From Cirrosporium novae-zelandiae (taxonomy: Eukaryota): DNA of 64,000 bases. The position numbers and the translations under genes are program-made. Below the pieces are notes generated by a model. That model was not told where the DNA came from, did not search any database, and was given only the letters and a program-made list of their open reading frames with translations. The stretch covers positions 496,001-560,000 of the forward strand of contig JAPETS010000010.1 of assembly GCA_026023565.1 (NCBI GenBank), given 5' to 3'. This document shows, in pieces, positions 62,501 through 64,000 of the stretch; within the stretch, counting starts at the first letter, position 1; each line of letters begins with the position of its first letter.

Positions 62501-63424
62501 TTCTGCTCCAGTAAGCCCTTATGTCAAGTGCATGGCGCAGATGTCAAAGAGAAGGCGGGCAGTGGTCTTCAGGGAGTGTTTGAGGTTAATATTTCTGCGT
62601 CGAAAGCCTCTTTTGAAGCTGCTATCGGCAATGAAAGTCTGATGTCGTCATTGAATATCAATATCGATGATTATTTCAATGCCAATACCCTCACAACCTG
62701 GAAAACGGAAGGCAAATCAGTAGCACTTCTAGCCATTCGCAACCTCGACTCCTCGATCTCCAAGTGGATATTAGCAGCTATCTTTGCGACCGCCGATCCA
62801 ATTCGCAAAGAATCTCGTTATACTGTACAAAGTCTTCAAGAAGCTGGCATTGAAGTATACATGCTCAGCGGCGACAACCAAACGACAGCGACAGCGGTCG
62901 GTCAGAGTTTAGGGATTCCATCTTCCAACATTATTGCTGGGGTTTTGCCAACTCAAAAAGCCGAAAAAGTCGAGTGGCTCCAGAACAATGCCCTACAGTC
63001 CTCTAATAACCGATCACATCGTACCAGAGCAATCGTTGCTTTTGTTGGTGATGGTATTAATGATGCTCCTGCTCTTACGACGGCTGATGTTTCTTGCGCC
63101 ATCGGTTCTGGTTCGGACGTCGCTCTCTTCTCTGCTTCTTTCATCCTCTTAACATCCAACCTTACAACTCTCTTGACGCTAATTTCTCTAAGCAAAACCG
63201 TTTTTCGAAGGATTAAATTTAATTTTCTATGGGCACTTGTCTACAACGTATGCCTTGTACCAATTGCTGCTGGGGTTATTTATCCGGCCCAAGGCCATCC
63301 CAGGCTGGATCCCGTGTGGGCTAGTGCGGCAATGGCAGCAAGCAGTGTTAGTGTGGTTTGCAGTAGCCTAGTCTTGAGATTGAAAATCCCTGGTTTGGGC
63401 TTTAGGGCTGCCAAATCAAATTGA
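59564..63424 (+). CDS. Heavy-metal (Cu+) transporting P1B-type ATPase
   Basis: 1286 aa. HMA motifs IHCASC, GMTCASC x2, GMFCGHC; TGES, TM CPC, DKTGT, SSHP, SGDN, GDGINDAP, YN...MAASS (P1B-1 signature). Confidence 0.93.
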   Translation: MESCDLPEDSASLSHRPTSAHLTSSHRRARSNIMPGDYVSTILVNNIHCASCVAYVQEILSQLGPDIHTIDISILTHQVTIHHNQKLSALEICRVLAEHAFEVHSISTEDWKGKNITEYDIPFEHNDGLLEHATEIWRIASSRPQSCGGTFESAKRKQHLENCKACQVEECIQSEKTAQPATPSPSWARKSIHVPQDVKLQSTKGPYPEASHARTPPINDDGDFVVSIRPPEKEAKLKDEAMEDGALHQATISIGGMTCASCSGSVTKALEKLDFVRSVNVNLLTNSASVTFEGLKAKINDIIQEIEDLGYEASVNRVEPIEHKKSLTHRSPRTASFHHMAVLSIGGMTCASCSGSVTRGLKDLPFVHKVEVSLVSNSATIEFEGKDNINKLKEEVEDLGFDCDIVSSSPLLSPSSYDTEVETREREISIKIDGMFCGHCPSKVIEAIKKVLPANASIIRNPSQKSPIITVLYKPMPPSLTARTFVSAIEHENDIFKASIYSPPNIEERSQRMQRHERLRLMLRLILCFLIAVPTFLIGIVWMSLVPKSDHLRVFFMKPMWTGRVSRAEWALFILATPVMFFAADVFHVRALKEIKSIWRRGSQVPVLRRFYRFGSMNLLISAGTSVAYISSLAVLIVEALSTGMPSEHITTYFDSVVFLTFFILIGRYLEAYSKAKTGDAVTMLGNLRPSEAFLVSPTDDSGQSSCINEKIDVNVTPQGNRIQKTAVELLEVGDSVSVPHGVSPPADGIIIGNEDVVGEFNESSLTGESRSVVKRPGDKVFSGSINIGKPVIMKITDIGGTSMLDQIVAIVREGQTKRAPVERIADILTSYFVPVITLIAVSTFIIWVALGESGSLPQSWLDVDQGGWVFWSLKFAIATFVVACPCGIGLAAPTALFVGSGLAAKYGILVRGGGEAFQEASNINVVVFDKTGTLTEGKSLKVTDYQLILSEDKANMAWALAKALEEESSHPIAKAIISFCSSKPLCQVHGADVKEKAGSGLQGVFEVNISASKASFEAAIGNESLMSSLNINIDDYFNANTLTTWKTEGKSVALLAIRNLDSSISKWILAAIFATADPIRKESRYTVQSLQEAGIEVYMLSGDNQTTATAVGQSLGIPSSNIIAGVLPTQKAEKVEWLQNNALQSSNNRSHRTRAIVAFVGDGINDAPALTTADVSCAIGSGSDVALFSASFILLTSNLTTLLTLISLSKTVFRRIKFNFLWALVYNVCLVPIAAGVIYPAQGHPRLDPVWASAAMAASSVSVVCSSLVLRLKIPGLGFRAAKSN

Positions 63425-63822
63425 GATGCTTCTCGTACCTATGGCTGAATGTCTTTGGAGGAGAAGGGGATGAGTTATGAGTTATGGGATATGGAATATG
63501 GGATATGGGATACTTATGAGATGATGCACCTCCATTGAATGTATTTTAGATGATAGACGCCCCTTTGATCTTTAGAAAAGTTGGCCAATGACATAAGAAC
63601 GATGGCTAAAATTTAAATCAACACGATCTTCGTAGTTTTGTGTATTTCCGAACATGATCCAACGCTGCTTCCGAGTCTGACTAAGCCAAGAACTGCGACC
63701 TCAATTATCATGACTAGTTAATAGTTTACAGGCTAAGCAGAAAAGACTCCTAGAAAAGAAATCCTATCTTTTACTTGATGTTTAAAAGCATCAATTCAAT
63801 TATTTCCAATCTCTTTTCCAGA

Positions 63823-64000
63823 ATGCCAGTGGAGCAGGAGCGGTCAACGTCAATGACTGCTTCTCCTTCCTCCGAATCAACTCCAGCCCCGCAGCTGCTA
63901 CAGCCCGAGAGCTCATCAAGGATAAACGAAGTTTCCAAAATCAATTCTTTCTCATCTAGCTATTCCCCAATCCTTCAAGGTTTACCTCCAGGATATCAAC
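63823..64000 (+). CDS. Possible 5' end of a gene running off the window (MPVEQERSTSMTASPSSESTPAP...)
   Basis: ATG at 63823 opens an S/P-rich frame with no stop before the window end. No recognisable domain. Confidence 0.35.
   Translation, partial: MPVEQERSTSMTASPSSESTPAPQLLQPESSSRINEVSKINSFSSSYSPILQGLPPGYQ

Noticed and set aside
63470..63512. 7-bp repeat (TATGGGA-like); also a 5-bp CCATR repeat at ~37905-37945
   Set aside because: Ordinary short microsatellites in UTR or intergenic DNA with no further structure.

Overview
Eukaryotic, gene-dense DNA from a filamentous ascomycete (Pezizomycotina-type): short GT-AG introns with CTRAY branch points, and no operons or CRISPR arrays. I reconstructed 18 intact protein-coding genes by hand-splicing. 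They are a ZNFX1-like SF1 helicase, Pop3, a USP34-like deubiquitinase, TFA1, PUS1, MRH4, BUD4, KES1/OSH4, PGM, REX2, a Gfo/Idh/MocA oxidoreductase, a conserved hypothetical protein, a BTB protein, HMT1, a DUF3292 protein, a ferric reductase, MUS81 and a Cu P1B-ATPase. The window also holds an intron-containing tRNA-Ala(UGC), a fasciclin pseudogene, and an AT-rich relic zone (about 5.95-7.3 kb) with a 132-bp solo-LTR-like element flanked by a perfect 5-bp TSD. Most of the window is housekeeping, and I found no clear new multi-gene system. The best leads are: (1) the ZNFX1-like helicase has a CCCH finger and a shortened RZ finger lacking the presumed catalytic Cys; (2) REX2 and Pop3 have probable non-AUG N-terminal extensions that would add targeting signals; (3) the conserved hypothetical protein may hide a PD-(D/E)xK-like domain; (4) there are several splicing oddities; (5) a 2.4-kb region with splice signals is unexplained. 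Family assignments rest on motif recognition, not database searches.
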